A stretch of 64,000 bases of DNA from a virus. The stretch is from IMG/VR virus record IMGVR_UViG_3300020220_000041; one strand, 5' to 3'. A program made the translations under genes and the position numbers. Below the pieces are notes generated by a model. It was not told the origin of the DNA and searched no databases. It saw only the letters and a list, made by a program, of their open reading frames with translations. Below are positions 6,775-15,582 of this stretch, in pieces (the first letter of the stretch is position 1; every line of letters starts with the position of its first letter).

Positions 6775-8394
6775 TCAGGGAACGAGCCCGAACGTTTCGG
6801 CGACGGTGCGTCCGTCCGGCAGCCAGGCTTCCTTCAGGGCATCTCGAAGCTGGTCGAGAGCCTTCGTGGCCTGGTCCTGGTACTCGAAGTTGGCCCCGTG
6901 TGCGTACTTCCGCAGTTCCAGCAGGTACACGGCATCCCGAAGGCCCGCCTGGCCCCGCATCCGCACCCGGGTTCCGAGGGGGAGTGCGAGTCCCGCCTGC
7001 ATGAGGTTCCGGTCCGCCATGAACCGGTCGAACACCGCTGTGGAGCGGGCGAGCAGTTCGGGGACCTTGGCCTTCCCGATGTCGGACATGGGCTGGTAGT
7101 GGGAGTCGATCTGGATAGGGCCCGGCTCCGCCGTCAGGTGCTGTGCTCGGACCACCTGGAGGTGCCACGGGTAGGCCGTCCGCTGACGGTGCCAGTCTCG
7201 GGCCACGGCGAGCGAACACCGGAACGTGATGTTGACCTGAGCCAGCGTGTTGGCGAGGGGGTCGAGGTAGGTTTTCTCCCGAGGGCGAGAGAAGGACTGG
7301 ACATCCGACAACCCGCCCGATGCGGCCATCGTAATCTCCGCGTCAGGGCCGTCAGGAGCCGACGAGAACATCGTGGCGAGGTGCCCGGGGATCTGGGAGT
7401 CCGCCCCGTAGACAGCCTCGCGAAGGCCCATGCCCGCGAGTCCTGGGAGGGCTTGCTTGTAGGCTTCGGCGATGTCCTTCCAGACGGCTTCGACGGAGGC
7501 GGCTTTGGATTCCTGCGCTAGCAGGCTGCCGTCCCGGAGAACACGAGCGCGGTCCCGGAGGTGGGAGGTGTGGCCGCACCCGGTGGCGATGGTGCCCGGC
7601 AACGCCCAGCGAGCCCGGTCGAGGGCGGGTCGGAAGGGCTCCTTGTCTCCGATGCCGAGGGCCTTGCGGTTCTCCTCGCTGGAGAGGTGCTCCTTCCACC
7701 AGGCGACCTCGGCCTCGAAGACCTCGAACCAGTCGTTGTGGAGTTCGACGAGGTCGGGGTGTGGCTCGGACTTGTTCGGAATCACGGGGCCTGTGGCTTC
7801 GTCTCCGTCCCCGATCATCCGAAGCTGCGTGCCCGTGGAGGGGAGGTTGCACTCCCGAGCCATCGGCCAGTCGGCGTGCTGAACGGCCCGGGTCGAGAAC
7901 TCCTGACCCGTACAGAGCGGGGAGTCGAACAGGAGCCACGCGGTCAGCCAGGAGATGCCTTCGGCGAAGATTGTGGGGGAACCAGTCAACTCCATCACGG
8001 AACTGTGCCCGTAACGACCTACGAACTCGTCGAAGAACTTTTGGAATCGGGGATGAAGGGGGTACTCGCAGAGCCGATCCTCGGCGATTTGCCGAGCGTC
8101 GTACAGATGTCTCTCGTGGATTTCCTGAAGGACCTTGTCTTCGTACTGCAATGCCAGGGCGTCTTTCCAGGACAGTCCATGGATGTCCTTGTTCCCCGAG
8201 GCGACCCGATCGGTCAGCGGCCCATCCCAGTTGGCCTCGGCGATGGCATCCACGACCTGTCCGTATCGAACGCGGATCCCCCCGACAGGGGCTCTGGACG
8301 ACTGCGCGCATAGACAGGCGCGCACTTCTGGTGTAAGTTTGTGGTCGAGCCAGAAACAACCCGGGCCGACAGGGTGAAGGTACTTGAACACCAT
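6775..8394 (-). CDS. Tandem ThyX-like (flavin-dependent thymidylate synthase family) protein
   Basis: The C-terminal half has ThyX signatures: FRCSLAVARDWHRQRTAYPW (an RHR-like RQR) and LALPLGTRVRMRGQAGLRDAVYLLELRKYAHGANFEYQ (compare LPL..T..NARSL.NFL.LR..HAQWEIQ). The N-terminal half looks like a degenerate second ThyX domain. The start is uncertain (the track ORF extends to 8439). Confidence 0.5.
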   Translation of the reverse strand: MVFKYLHPVGPGCFWLDHKLTPEVRACLCAQSSRAPVGGIRVRYGQVVDAIAEANWDGPLTDRVASGNKDIHGLSWKDALALQYEDKVLQEIHERHLYDARQIAEDRLCEYPLHPRFQKFFDEFVGRYGHSSVMELTGSPTIFAEGISWLTAWLLFDSPLCTGQEFSTRAVQHADWPMARECNLPSTGTQLRMIGDGDEATGPVIPNKSEPHPDLVELHNDWFEVFEAEVAWWKEHLSSEENRKALGIGDKEPFRPALDRARWALPGTIATGCGHTSHLRDRARVLRDGSLLAQESKAASVEAVWKDIAEAYKQALPGLAGMGLREAVYGADSQIPGHLATMFSSAPDGPDAEITMAASGGLSDVQSFSRPREKTYLDPLANTLAQVNITFRCSLAVARDWHRQRTAYPWHLQVVRAQHLTAEPGPIQIDSHYQPMSDIGKAKVPELLARSTAVFDRFMADRNLMQAGLALPLGTRVRMRGQAGLRDAVYLLELRKYAHGANFEYQDQATKALDQLRDALKEAWLPDGRTVAETFGLVP

Positions 8395-9748
8395 GAAGAA
8401 CTCCTGGTCACTGCAAGAGGATGAGATCGTGAAGACCATCTACCCATACCGAGGTTCGGTTGGAGCGGCAGAGGCTCTCCGAGAGGCTGGGTTTCTTCGC
8501 ACACGCAAAGCAACCGGCTTCAGAGCGGGTGTGTTGGGCGTCCAGTTGCTTCCTGAAGGCCGTGCCCTTCTCAATACTCAACAAGCGGACCGTGCTCGTC
8601 AAACCGCCTCTGCGATGTGGGCCGCCATGTCAGATGAGGAGCGACGCCGTAGGTCGGATCTCACTCAGGAAACAAGCACTGCCTACTGGTCACGAGAAGG
8701 ATCCCGAGAGCAACACTCCGATAAGATGCGTGAAGTCCTGACTCAGCGGTGGGCCGCAATGACACCCGATGAACGTGAAGCCCACAGTCAGAAAATGAGG
8801 AGGGTGTGGGAGCTAAAGACACCAGAACAAAAGGAAGCACACGGCAAGCACACTTCGGAGAAAAACATCCGATTCTGGGCGTCCCTCTCTGACGTTGAGC
8901 GAGAACACCTCAAAATAGCCATTGGGGCTGGACAACAACGGCAGTGGGCGAATCTTTCCGAGGAGGAGAGACAACAGGCCCGCGAAAGACATCGGGTCGT
9001 CATGTTGGCGGTGTGGGCTTCCCTATCCGATATTGAGCGGGAGGCGTGGGCGGCCACAGGTACAAAGAACCTCAAGCGGGTTGACTGGGCCTCCTTGTCC
9101 GAGGAGGAAAGCCTTGCCCGTCGCCAAGTTCATGGAGAGCGGACAAAGGCAATGTGGGCATGTTTCACGGATGATGAGCGTGATCGCCTATGCCGTATTT
9201 GGAGTGAACAACTCAAGAAACGCTGGGCGGAAGGCTCTCCGGAGGATGTGGCCAAGATGCTCGCGACAGCACACCAGAACTCCCAACAGGCCATGCGAAA
9301 GAATAACCTAAAGAGCCCGAATAAAGCAGAGACCTCTGTTCGGGATTTTGCCATTCCAGGGCTGGAGATGACGTTGAGTGACCCCGAAGCTAGGGTGCTT
9401 CTGCGTCATCCTGATGGACGGAAGTGGCGGAAGAATCCGGACTTCGCTTTTGAGTGGCGCGGTGCCCGCTCAGATGGGAGCCCACGACTTGTTGTGGAGG
9501 TGATGGGTTTTGGGAAGTGGCACTCCAAAGACGAAGTACAGCATCTTGTCGATGAGTACGCCGTCAAAGGAACAGTGTGTCTCGTGGTAGATGCACGGGA
9601 TCTACAGAAGCATCCTGCCGAGGTGCGGACACGCATCGAAGCAGCTATTGCCGCTCTGGGTCCGGTTCAGCCGCGTCCTGTTCCGGGGTTGTGCAGCGGA
9701 ATGGTCCAGTCATGGATCCAGTCCGAAAAGCGGATCAACCCCAACTGA
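8393..9748 (+). CDS. Homing-endonuclease-like protein: Myb/SANT-like N-terminus, tandem W..LS.EER repeats and a C-terminal Vsr/DUF559 PD-(D/E)xK nuclease
   Basis: WSLQEDEIVKTIYPY (SANT-like). At least six repeats follow (MWAAMSDEERRRR, RWAAMTPDEREAH, RFWASLSDVEREHL and others). The C-terminus DFAFEWRGARSDGSPRLVVEVMGFGKWHSKDE matches the DUF559/Vsr fold. It lies on the plus strand inside a minus-strand block. Confidence 0.5.
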   Translation: MKNSWSLQEDEIVKTIYPYRGSVGAAEALREAGFLRTRKATGFRAGVLGVQLLPEGRALLNTQQADRARQTASAMWAAMSDEERRRRSDLTQETSTAYWSREGSREQHSDKMREVLTQRWAAMTPDEREAHSQKMRRVWELKTPEQKEAHGKHTSEKNIRFWASLSDVEREHLKIAIGAGQQRQWANLSEEERQQARERHRVVMLAVWASLSDIEREAWAATGTKNLKRVDWASLSEEESLARRQVHGERTKAMWACFTDDERDRLCRIWSEQLKKRWAEGSPEDVAKMLATAHQNSQQAMRKNNLKSPNKAETSVRDFAIPGLEMTLSDPEARVLLRHPDGRKWRKNPDFAFEWRGARSDGSPRLVVEVMGFGKWHSKDEVQHLVDEYAVKGTVCLVVDARDLQKHPAEVRTRIEAAIAALGPVQPRPVPGLCSGMVQSWIQSEKRINPN

Positions 9749-9805
9749 TACGCGATTTCGGACAGCGGGTGACCCACCAGGTTGTGAGCGGTCCACTGGA
9801 AGCGT

Positions 9806-10141
9806 TCAGGGAGTCGTGCGAACAGGGGGTTGCCGGTCATGCCCGACCCTACCCGTGATGAGTGCGTCGTGGAGAAGTCGGTGGACTCCATCAGAAGGGT
9901 GTGGCTCGGGGCTCACGTCGGTGTTCCACCCCGTCGGGAGTTCCAGGACGTACACGGCTGCCTTGAAGGGTAGGGCATTGTGCTGGATGAACGCCAGCGC
10001 GTCCTCGGCTGTGCGCCAGACCCATCCCCCCTCATAGGGTGGGTCATCCTCGGGGCGGACACCCAACTTGGTGACGGGGTCAGACTCGGCGAGGGCTCTG
10101 TCGTAGCTCGACTGGCTCCCGATGGTGAAGGCTTGGCTCAC
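9806..10141 (-). CDS. Hypothetical protein
   Basis: Protein-like C-terminal part of ORF 9806-10345. Its GTG start overlaps the upstream stop as GTGA. Confidence 0.45.
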   Translation of the reverse strand: MSQAFTIGSQSSYDRALAESDPVTKLGVRPEDDPPYEGGWVWRTAEDALAFIQHNALPFKAAVYVLELPTGWNTDVSPEPHPSDGVHRLLHDALITGRVGHDRQPPVRTTP

Positions 10142-10464
10142 TCGGGCCACACTGGGGGCATGAAGTTCAGCGGTTCGCCCTCGACCTTCTTCCAGGCCAC
10201 GACGCGCTCGAAGTCGTAGTGGATGGGCGTGGAGACGTGGTCCACCCAGCCGTCGAAGTCGACCCGAGCCCAACCGAACACCGTCTTGCGACCATCCTTG
10301 GCCGTGTACGGGCGGAGGCGCTCGAGGCGGCACTGGGTGGGCCACCGCTTGTCCACCACGACACAGAGGTAGACCTCCACCGAGTCCTTCACGTCCTTCT
10401 CGCGGGCGTTCGGGACGGTGCAGGACTCCTTCGGAAATTTCTCGGTCTCGAAGTCGTTGAACAT
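10138..10464 (-). CDS. Hypothetical protein
   Basis: The real part of ORF 10138-10800 begins MFNDFETEKFPKESCTVPN. It is preceded by the conserved promoter-like motif. Confidence 0.55.
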   Translation of the reverse strand: MFNDFETEKFPKESCTVPNAREKDVKDSVEVYLCVVVDKRWPTQCRLERLRPYTAKDGRKTVFGWARVDFDGWVDHVSTPIHYDFERVVAWKKVEGEPLNFMPPVWPE

Positions 10465-10474
10465 GGGGCCTCCA

Positions 10475-10510
10475 CCCTCTCTACGCGGACGGGCTACTCC
10501 TCTGAACCTT
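10475..10510 (-). promoter_or_regulatory. Conserved promoter-like motif: AGGTTCAGA-N14-GCGTAGAGAGG
   Basis: One copy of the recurrent motif, about 20 nt upstream of the ATG at 10464. Confidence 0.5.
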
Positions 10511-11243
10511 CGCCCTTGTCCCCAGTGACGTTGGCCGTGACATCGGGGTCCTGGTCGTAGATCGGCAGGGCACCTTGAGGAAGCGGTTCGACCAGGAACG
10601 CCTTTCGACCCACGGCCCCGTACTCCCGGGACATCAACTCGGGCTGCGGGAGGGACTGCGACTCCAGCATGTCGAACCGGCGGATCTGAAGGCTCGCCAG
10701 GGGCATTGGCTTGAACTCGTGGGTCGCCGGAGGGCGCTCCGGCCAGGGCGGGTGCTCGATGAAGGTGGGCTGGCTGGCCCAGCGGTCGGACAGGCTCCAC
10801 GGGCCGAGAACTTCCCCTGTGGTGGCATCCCTCTCGACCTCGACGTACACTCGCCCAGCGGCCGGGCCGCCCTGCATCGTCCAGTACTCGTAGCGGTACG
10901 TGCGGCCGTCTCGGTGTACGATGCCTTGTTCGTGCTGGTTGTCTGGGCGCTCCATGTCGAACAGCGGGGCCAGCACCCGACGGGCCAGCACCTTGCCCTC
11001 GGCCTTGGCCGCCTCCGCCGCCTTCCGCTCCTGTTCGAGCAGAGTTTCGACAGAAACGTCCGATGTTCCAACCCAGTCGTGTTTGGTGCGTTCCGGGACG
11101 GATTTCAGGGCAATCGTGATGAACTTGAAGCAGTCCGGGCAGTACGTGTCGCTGTTGTACTCCTGGAAGGTCCAGTAGCCGGACATCTGGTAGGAGTACC
11201 GGACGTGGCAGTGGTTGCAGCGGAGTTCGCGAAAGGTGGACAT
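10494..11243 (-). CDS. Hypothetical Zn-ribbon protein
   Basis: The real start is probably the ATG at 11243 (MSTFRELRCNHCHVRYSYQ...). It has a CxxC...CxxC motif. Confidence 0.5.
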   Translation of the reverse strand: MSTFRELRCNHCHVRYSYQMSGYWTFQEYNSDTYCPDCFKFITIALKSVPERTKHDWVGTSDVSVETLLEQERKAAEAAKAEGKVLARRVLAPLFDMERPDNQHEQGIVHRDGRTYRYEYWTMQGGPAAGRVYVEVERDATTGEVLGPWSLSDRWASQPTFIEHPPWPERPPATHEFKPMPLASLQIRRFDMLESQSLPQPELMSREYGAVGRKAFLVEPLPQGALPIYDQDPDVTANVTGDKGEGSEE

Positions 11244-11248
11244 GAGGG

Positions 11249-11461
11249 CTACGAGTCTTGGGGGTTGCGTTTGGAGGAGCGGCACGTTCTGCACCACGCC
11301 TGATCTGCGATCACGTCGACGCCGTTCCTGCCTGCCCCAATCTTCCGCCGCAATCCGAAGTCGTTGATCTCCTTGAGATCGCCGCAACAGGGGCATTTCT
11401 TGTAGGGCTTGCCGTCTCGAAGTTCGTCGATGTGGATGTTGATGGTGTCTCGCACCCCCAC
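11249..11461 (-). CDS. Small Zn-ribbon protein
   Basis: 70 aa with KKCPCCGDL...CRTCRSSKRN. Confidence 0.5.
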   Translation of the reverse strand: MGVRDTINIHIDELRDGKPYKKCPCCGDLKEINDFGLRRKIGAGRNGVDVIADQAWCRTCRSSKRNPQDS

Positions 11462-11498
11462 CTCCAGTGCCTACTCCCCCTACGCAAAAGAGGGGGCG

Positions 11499-12038
11499 TC
11501 ACACCGTGCGGTGGACGCTTTTCTCAGAGGAGAACCCCTCTGGATACCGGGCCTTGAGCTTGGCCGTGTTGCGGTCACACACCAACTGAAGGCTTACGCC
11601 GGCCATTTCAGCGAGGCTGTCCGCCGAACGCAGAACCAGGCCCAGTCCGGAACGAATCCGTTCCACGTCGGCCGGGTGATTGTGCCCGACCACCTTCTTC
11701 AGGTAGTCCGTCACCTTGCCGGCGTTGACGGACAACTCGGTGGCGTGCCCCAGGAAATCGTCCTGTTCCATGGGGACAGCCTCCTTGGGGGGCATCTCGA
11801 TGCTCTCGAGGGAGATGCCCACGACAGAGGCGGTCTCGGCGATGTACCACATGCAGTCGCCGATCTCCTTGATAAGCACGTCCCGCTCGAAGGGTTGCGC
11901 GGCGTTGTGGTGGTACACGAGGTCAAGCACCTCGGCGGCCTCACCCGCCAGCCCCATCCCCGCGACGGCCAGGCGGAGGGTCTTGTCCGCCGTGTGGTTT
12001 GCGGTTCGCAGCGCGTTCGCCTGGTAGTCGTTCAGCAT
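11499..12038 (-). CDS. MazG-like nucleotide pyrophosphohydrolase
   Basis: ANALRTAN...LAVAGMGLAGEAAEVLDLV...EIGDCMWYIA is typical of phage MazG (the EExxE region). Confidence 0.65.
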   Translation of the reverse strand: MLNDYQANALRTANHTADKTLRLAVAGMGLAGEAAEVLDLVYHHNAAQPFERDVLIKEIGDCMWYIAETASVVGISLESIEMPPKEAVPMEQDDFLGHATELSVNAGKVTDYLKKVVGHNHPADVERIRSGLGLVLRSADSLAEMAGVSLQLVCDRNTAKLKARYPEGFSSEKSVHRTV

Positions 12039-12097
12039 GTAGCGTCCTCGAAGTCGATGACTTCTCTATACCGAGGGGGGGTGAGAGGTCTGACCCC

Positions 12098-13342
12098 ATG
12101 TCTGATGCGGCCCTTCGGCACCACCTCATCCGTCTGGCACACGCACATCCCGAAATGCGGCCCGCACTGCTTCCTTTGCTGAGGAGTGCGCGGGAGTTCC
12201 CGAACGAGGAAGCTCGGAAGAAGTACCTCGAGGACCATCCGAACGCGGACCCCGCCAACCACACCGTGGCGAAGCCGGACGACAAGGGCGATGAGGGTGG
12301 GGGCAAGGCCGCCCCGAAGAAGCCCAAGAAGCTGTTCTCGGACGATGAGATGAGCCTCCCCTCGGTGGCTCGTCAGTCTGTGAGCGACCCCGCCAAGCTG
12401 ATGGAGCAGGCCACGGAGGCGCATGAGCAGCAACTCAACTGGCTCAACCACGGCAAGGGTCTCGACAAGGCCGTGGGCGGCAAGGTGATTCGGTGCGATG
12501 AGATCGACTGCACCAAGGCTGGAGCGGTCGACTACGACCAGGAGGGTCCGATCATCGTCATCGGTCCCGTGAAGAAGAAGCACCGGGTCGAGGAGAAGGT
12601 GGAGAAGGACTACGACGGAGACTGGTCTCGCGTCGGCGATCTGGTGCGCTCCACGGTGGCCTTGGACTCGATGGACCAGGTTGAGGAGGTCATGGACAAG
12701 CTGCGGGCCTCTGGGCTCAAGCTCGCCCGTCCTCCCAAGGACCGTTTCGCGAACCCGACGGACGCGGGCTACCGCGACCTGATGATGAACGTGGTGTACC
12801 CCAATGGGCACATAGGGGAGCTTCAGATCCACCTGAAGCCGATTCTGAAGGCCAAGGAAGAAGCTCACGGAGCCTACGAAGAAGTCAGCGCGATCGGAGC
12901 CAAGGCCAAGAAGGAAGGGCGCACCGACTTGACCGACGAAGAAGCCGCCAAGGTGGACGAGGCGATGCAGAAGATGCGCGACATCTACGAAGCCGCGTGG
13001 AAGAAGTCGACCGCCGCGAAGGGTGGCAAGACCGCAGCCGGAGGGCTCAAGCGCATGGCAGCCAAGGTGCAGTACTTCGACCTCGACGGGATGCCCGCAC
13101 TGTGGGAAGCCAAGAAGTTCCCGGTTCGCCTCTCACCGAAAGGCAAGGAGGTCGTGATCTACGAGTTGGACGAGTTCTTCAACCAGGCCACGCCCATCTC
13201 GAAGGACGCCTATGACAAGCTCGTGAAGGAGAACGCCCCGAAGGAGAAGAAACAGAAGGAAGGTTCCCTTCGGCTGGCGACTATCCGTCTGGCACAGACG
13301 AACTCACAGCTTCGCCCACACCTCCTCGCCCTGCTGAAGTAG
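12098..13342 (+). CDS. RelA/SpoT-fold (RSH-like) nucleotidyltransferase with RLAHAHPE terminal motifs
   Basis: GYRDLMMNVVYPNGHIGELQIHLKPI matches the RSH synthetase motif GYxSxHxxV...EIQIRT. Upstream, KHRVEEKVEKDYDGDWSRVGDLVRSTV matches the G-loop/ITDLxGxR region. N-terminus MSDAALRHHLIRLAHAHPEMRPALLPLL and C-terminus LRLATIRLAQTNSQLRPHLLALLK. The ATG is at 12098 with a GAGG RBS. Confidence 0.5.
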   Translation: MSDAALRHHLIRLAHAHPEMRPALLPLLRSAREFPNEEARKKYLEDHPNADPANHTVAKPDDKGDEGGGKAAPKKPKKLFSDDEMSLPSVARQSVSDPAKLMEQATEAHEQQLNWLNHGKGLDKAVGGKVIRCDEIDCTKAGAVDYDQEGPIIVIGPVKKKHRVEEKVEKDYDGDWSRVGDLVRSTVALDSMDQVEEVMDKLRASGLKLARPPKDRFANPTDAGYRDLMMNVVYPNGHIGELQIHLKPILKAKEEAHGAYEEVSAIGAKAKKEGRTDLTDEEAAKVDEAMQKMRDIYEAAWKKSTAAKGGKTAAGGLKRMAAKVQYFDLDGMPALWEAKKFPVRLSPKGKEVVIYELDEFFNQATPISKDAYDKLVKENAPKEKKQKEGSLRLATIRLAQTNSQLRPHLLALLK

Positions 13343-14458
13343 GTGCCCATGTTCGACGCACATCGAGTCGCATTCCGCTACCTGGCCTCCCGAGATGTCG
13401 AGGCGGCGGGCACCGAAGCGGACATCACCCGGAACCTTCCCACGTTCCTTCAGGCCATGGGCAACCTCTCTGCCGCCATCATGGACAACCAGGCGAAGGG
13501 CAAAGCGGGCGACTCGTTGAGTGCTCGCTACGACGCCAACGGGCCTTGGGTGGCGTTGATTCGGGCGGGGGGTCCGTTGGTGGACGGCATTCTGTCCACC
13601 CGGAGCATCCCGGCTCGTGACGCCAAGGGGATGGAGATGGCGTACCGGCTGATGCACAACAGCCGCCGGATGCCCCAGGATGTCTACAAGTGGTGGGACG
13701 CCAACCTCAAGCGGCTCGACCTGATCACACAGGCAGCGAGGACGTGGGCTCCCAAGCAAGAGGGTTCGGACGAACTGTTCACCCTCGGGTCCTTCAAGGT
13801 CCACAACACGGTGGGGGCCAAGGGGGCCGAACTCGACTCCCTCAAGAACGCCATCGAGCGTGTCGAGAACCTGAGCCGGGCGAACCCCATCCCCGGGTTC
13901 TCTCGGGTCGTGTACGGGGACATCCACGTCGTCGCCCGCATCACGAAGGCCCACCACGCTGCCTGGTACTTCCCCGGAGATGACAGCCTCTACCTACGTC
14001 GGTCCGCGACCACAGGAATCGACGAGGTTCACGCGATGATCCACGAGTTGGGCCATCGTTTCTGGCACAGGTTCGCTCCCGAGGACGCGAAGAAGGAATG
14101 GCAGCGGCACCATTGGCAGGTCGAGGGCAGGCCCGTCGAGGTGGACCTCCCCCAGGTCGGCGACCCAATCCCGGTGAAGATCCCCAAGATCAAGGAGTAC
14201 CCGACCATCACCCGGATCGAGGGCGGTCGGTACTACTACGAGGTCGACATCGGTGGCGGAGAGATGTGGAGGAACTCGCTCTCCGCCATGAAGGTGCGGG
14301 AGTTCTTCACCACGCAACAGAGGGCGGCGAAGAACTTCCCGACCGCCTACTCGGCCCAGAGCGCCGAGGAGCACTTCTGTGACGCCCTGGCGTTGTTGGC
14401 GATGGGGAATCTCACGGCACAGCACGAGATTCCCTTCAACGCCATCTGGAAGCGGTGA
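13343..14458 (+). CDS. Putative HExxH zinc metallopeptidase
   Basis: 371 aa containing VHAMIHELGHRFWH. Confidence 0.45.
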   Translation: MPMFDAHRVAFRYLASRDVEAAGTEADITRNLPTFLQAMGNLSAAIMDNQAKGKAGDSLSARYDANGPWVALIRAGGPLVDGILSTRSIPARDAKGMEMAYRLMHNSRRMPQDVYKWWDANLKRLDLITQAARTWAPKQEGSDELFTLGSFKVHNTVGAKGAELDSLKNAIERVENLSRANPIPGFSRVVYGDIHVVARITKAHHAAWYFPGDDSLYLRRSATTGIDEVHAMIHELGHRFWHRFAPEDAKKEWQRHHWQVEGRPVEVDLPQVGDPIPVKIPKIKEYPTITRIEGGRYYYEVDIGGGEMWRNSLSAMKVREFFTTQQRAAKNFPTAYSAQSAEEHFCDALALLAMGNLTAQHEIPFNAIWKR

Positions 14459-14461
14459 ACC

Positions 14462-15538
14462 TCAGTCGATGCCGCACACCGTCTTGAGGATGCGGGCGGT
14501 CACGACGTAGGGGTCGACGTTCGCACAGGGGCGGCGGTCCTCGAGGTACCCGGAGCCCTTCTCCTTCACGGAGCGGGGGATGCGGATGCTCGCCCCCCGG
14601 TTCGCGATGCCCCAGCGGAACTCCTTGTACGAGCAGGTCTCGTGCTTCCCGGTGAGTCGAGCCTCGATGCCATCCCCGTAGCAGGCGATGTGCTCCGCGT
14701 GCTTCTCCCCGAGCTTCTCGCAGGCGGACTTGATGGCGTAGATGCCGAACTTCTGCTGGGACTCCCGATTGGCCTTCTCGTCCGTGCCGCCGAAAGAGGC
14801 GGGGTCAAGCCGCATCGCCGCCGTCGAGAAGTTGGTGTGGGCACCGGCACCGTTCCAGTCACCACGGGCGGGCTTCGGGTCGAGGGAGGCGTTGATCTCG
14901 TGGTCCTCTCCGAGCCGGTAGAGGAGCCAGCGGGCCAGCCACAGGTGGTCCGCCACCGTGAGCGGGTCCGAGGTCCCGATCTGGAACTCCCACTGGCCGG
15001 GCATGACCTCGGCGTTGGTCCCGTAGAGCAGGAGCCCGGCGTCGAGGCACGCCTTCGTGTGGGCCTCGATCAGAGGGCGACCAACCACCTCGTCGGCTCC
15101 GACGCCGCAGTAGTAGGGGCCCTGGGGAGCCGGGTAGCCGTTGTCCGGGAAGCCGAGCGGACGGGAGCCCTTGAACAGGGTGTACTCCTGCTCGATGCCG
15201 AACCAGGGCTCTTCGACAGCGGCACCCGCGTCGAGGACACGACGAAGCTCGGCCCGGGTGTTCGACTTGTGCGGGGTGACCTCGTCGCCGTTGAGGACTT
15301 CGCACAGGACGAGGTAGTTCGGGACGCCTCGAATCGGGTCCGTGACGACGCGAACGGGCTTCAGAGCGCAGTCAGAGTCGTGACCTTCGGCCTGGTACGT
15401 GGACGAGCCGTCGAAGCCCCACACGGGGAACTTGTCCGGGGTCGGCTCCCCCTCGATCTCCACAATCCGGGTCTTGGAACGTAGCTTCTGGGTGGGCGCG
15501 GCTCCGTCCATCCAGATGTACTCTGCCTGTGAACGCAT
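14462..15538 (-). CDS. glnII: Glutamine synthetase type II
   Basis: YIWMDG...LRSKTR, GIEQEYTLF, GPYYCGVGA, AEVMPGQWEFQIG, GAHTNFST and ASIRIPR. The length of 358 aa is typical of GSII. Confidence 0.8.
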   Translation of the reverse strand: MRSQAEYIWMDGAAPTQKLRSKTRIVEIEGEPTPDKFPVWGFDGSSTYQAEGHDSDCALKPVRVVTDPIRGVPNYLVLCEVLNGDEVTPHKSNTRAELRRVLDAGAAVEEPWFGIEQEYTLFKGSRPLGFPDNGYPAPQGPYYCGVGADEVVGRPLIEAHTKACLDAGLLLYGTNAEVMPGQWEFQIGTSDPLTVADHLWLARWLLYRLGEDHEINASLDPKPARGDWNGAGAHTNFSTAAMRLDPASFGGTDEKANRESQQKFGIYAIKSACEKLGEKHAEHIACYGDGIEARLTGKHETCSYKEFRWGIANRGASIRIPRSVKEKGSGYLEDRRPCANVDPYVVTARILKTVCGID

Positions 15539-15582
15539 GGGTGTCCTCCGATGAGCGAGGGCACCCTACCGAGCGGTCAGGT

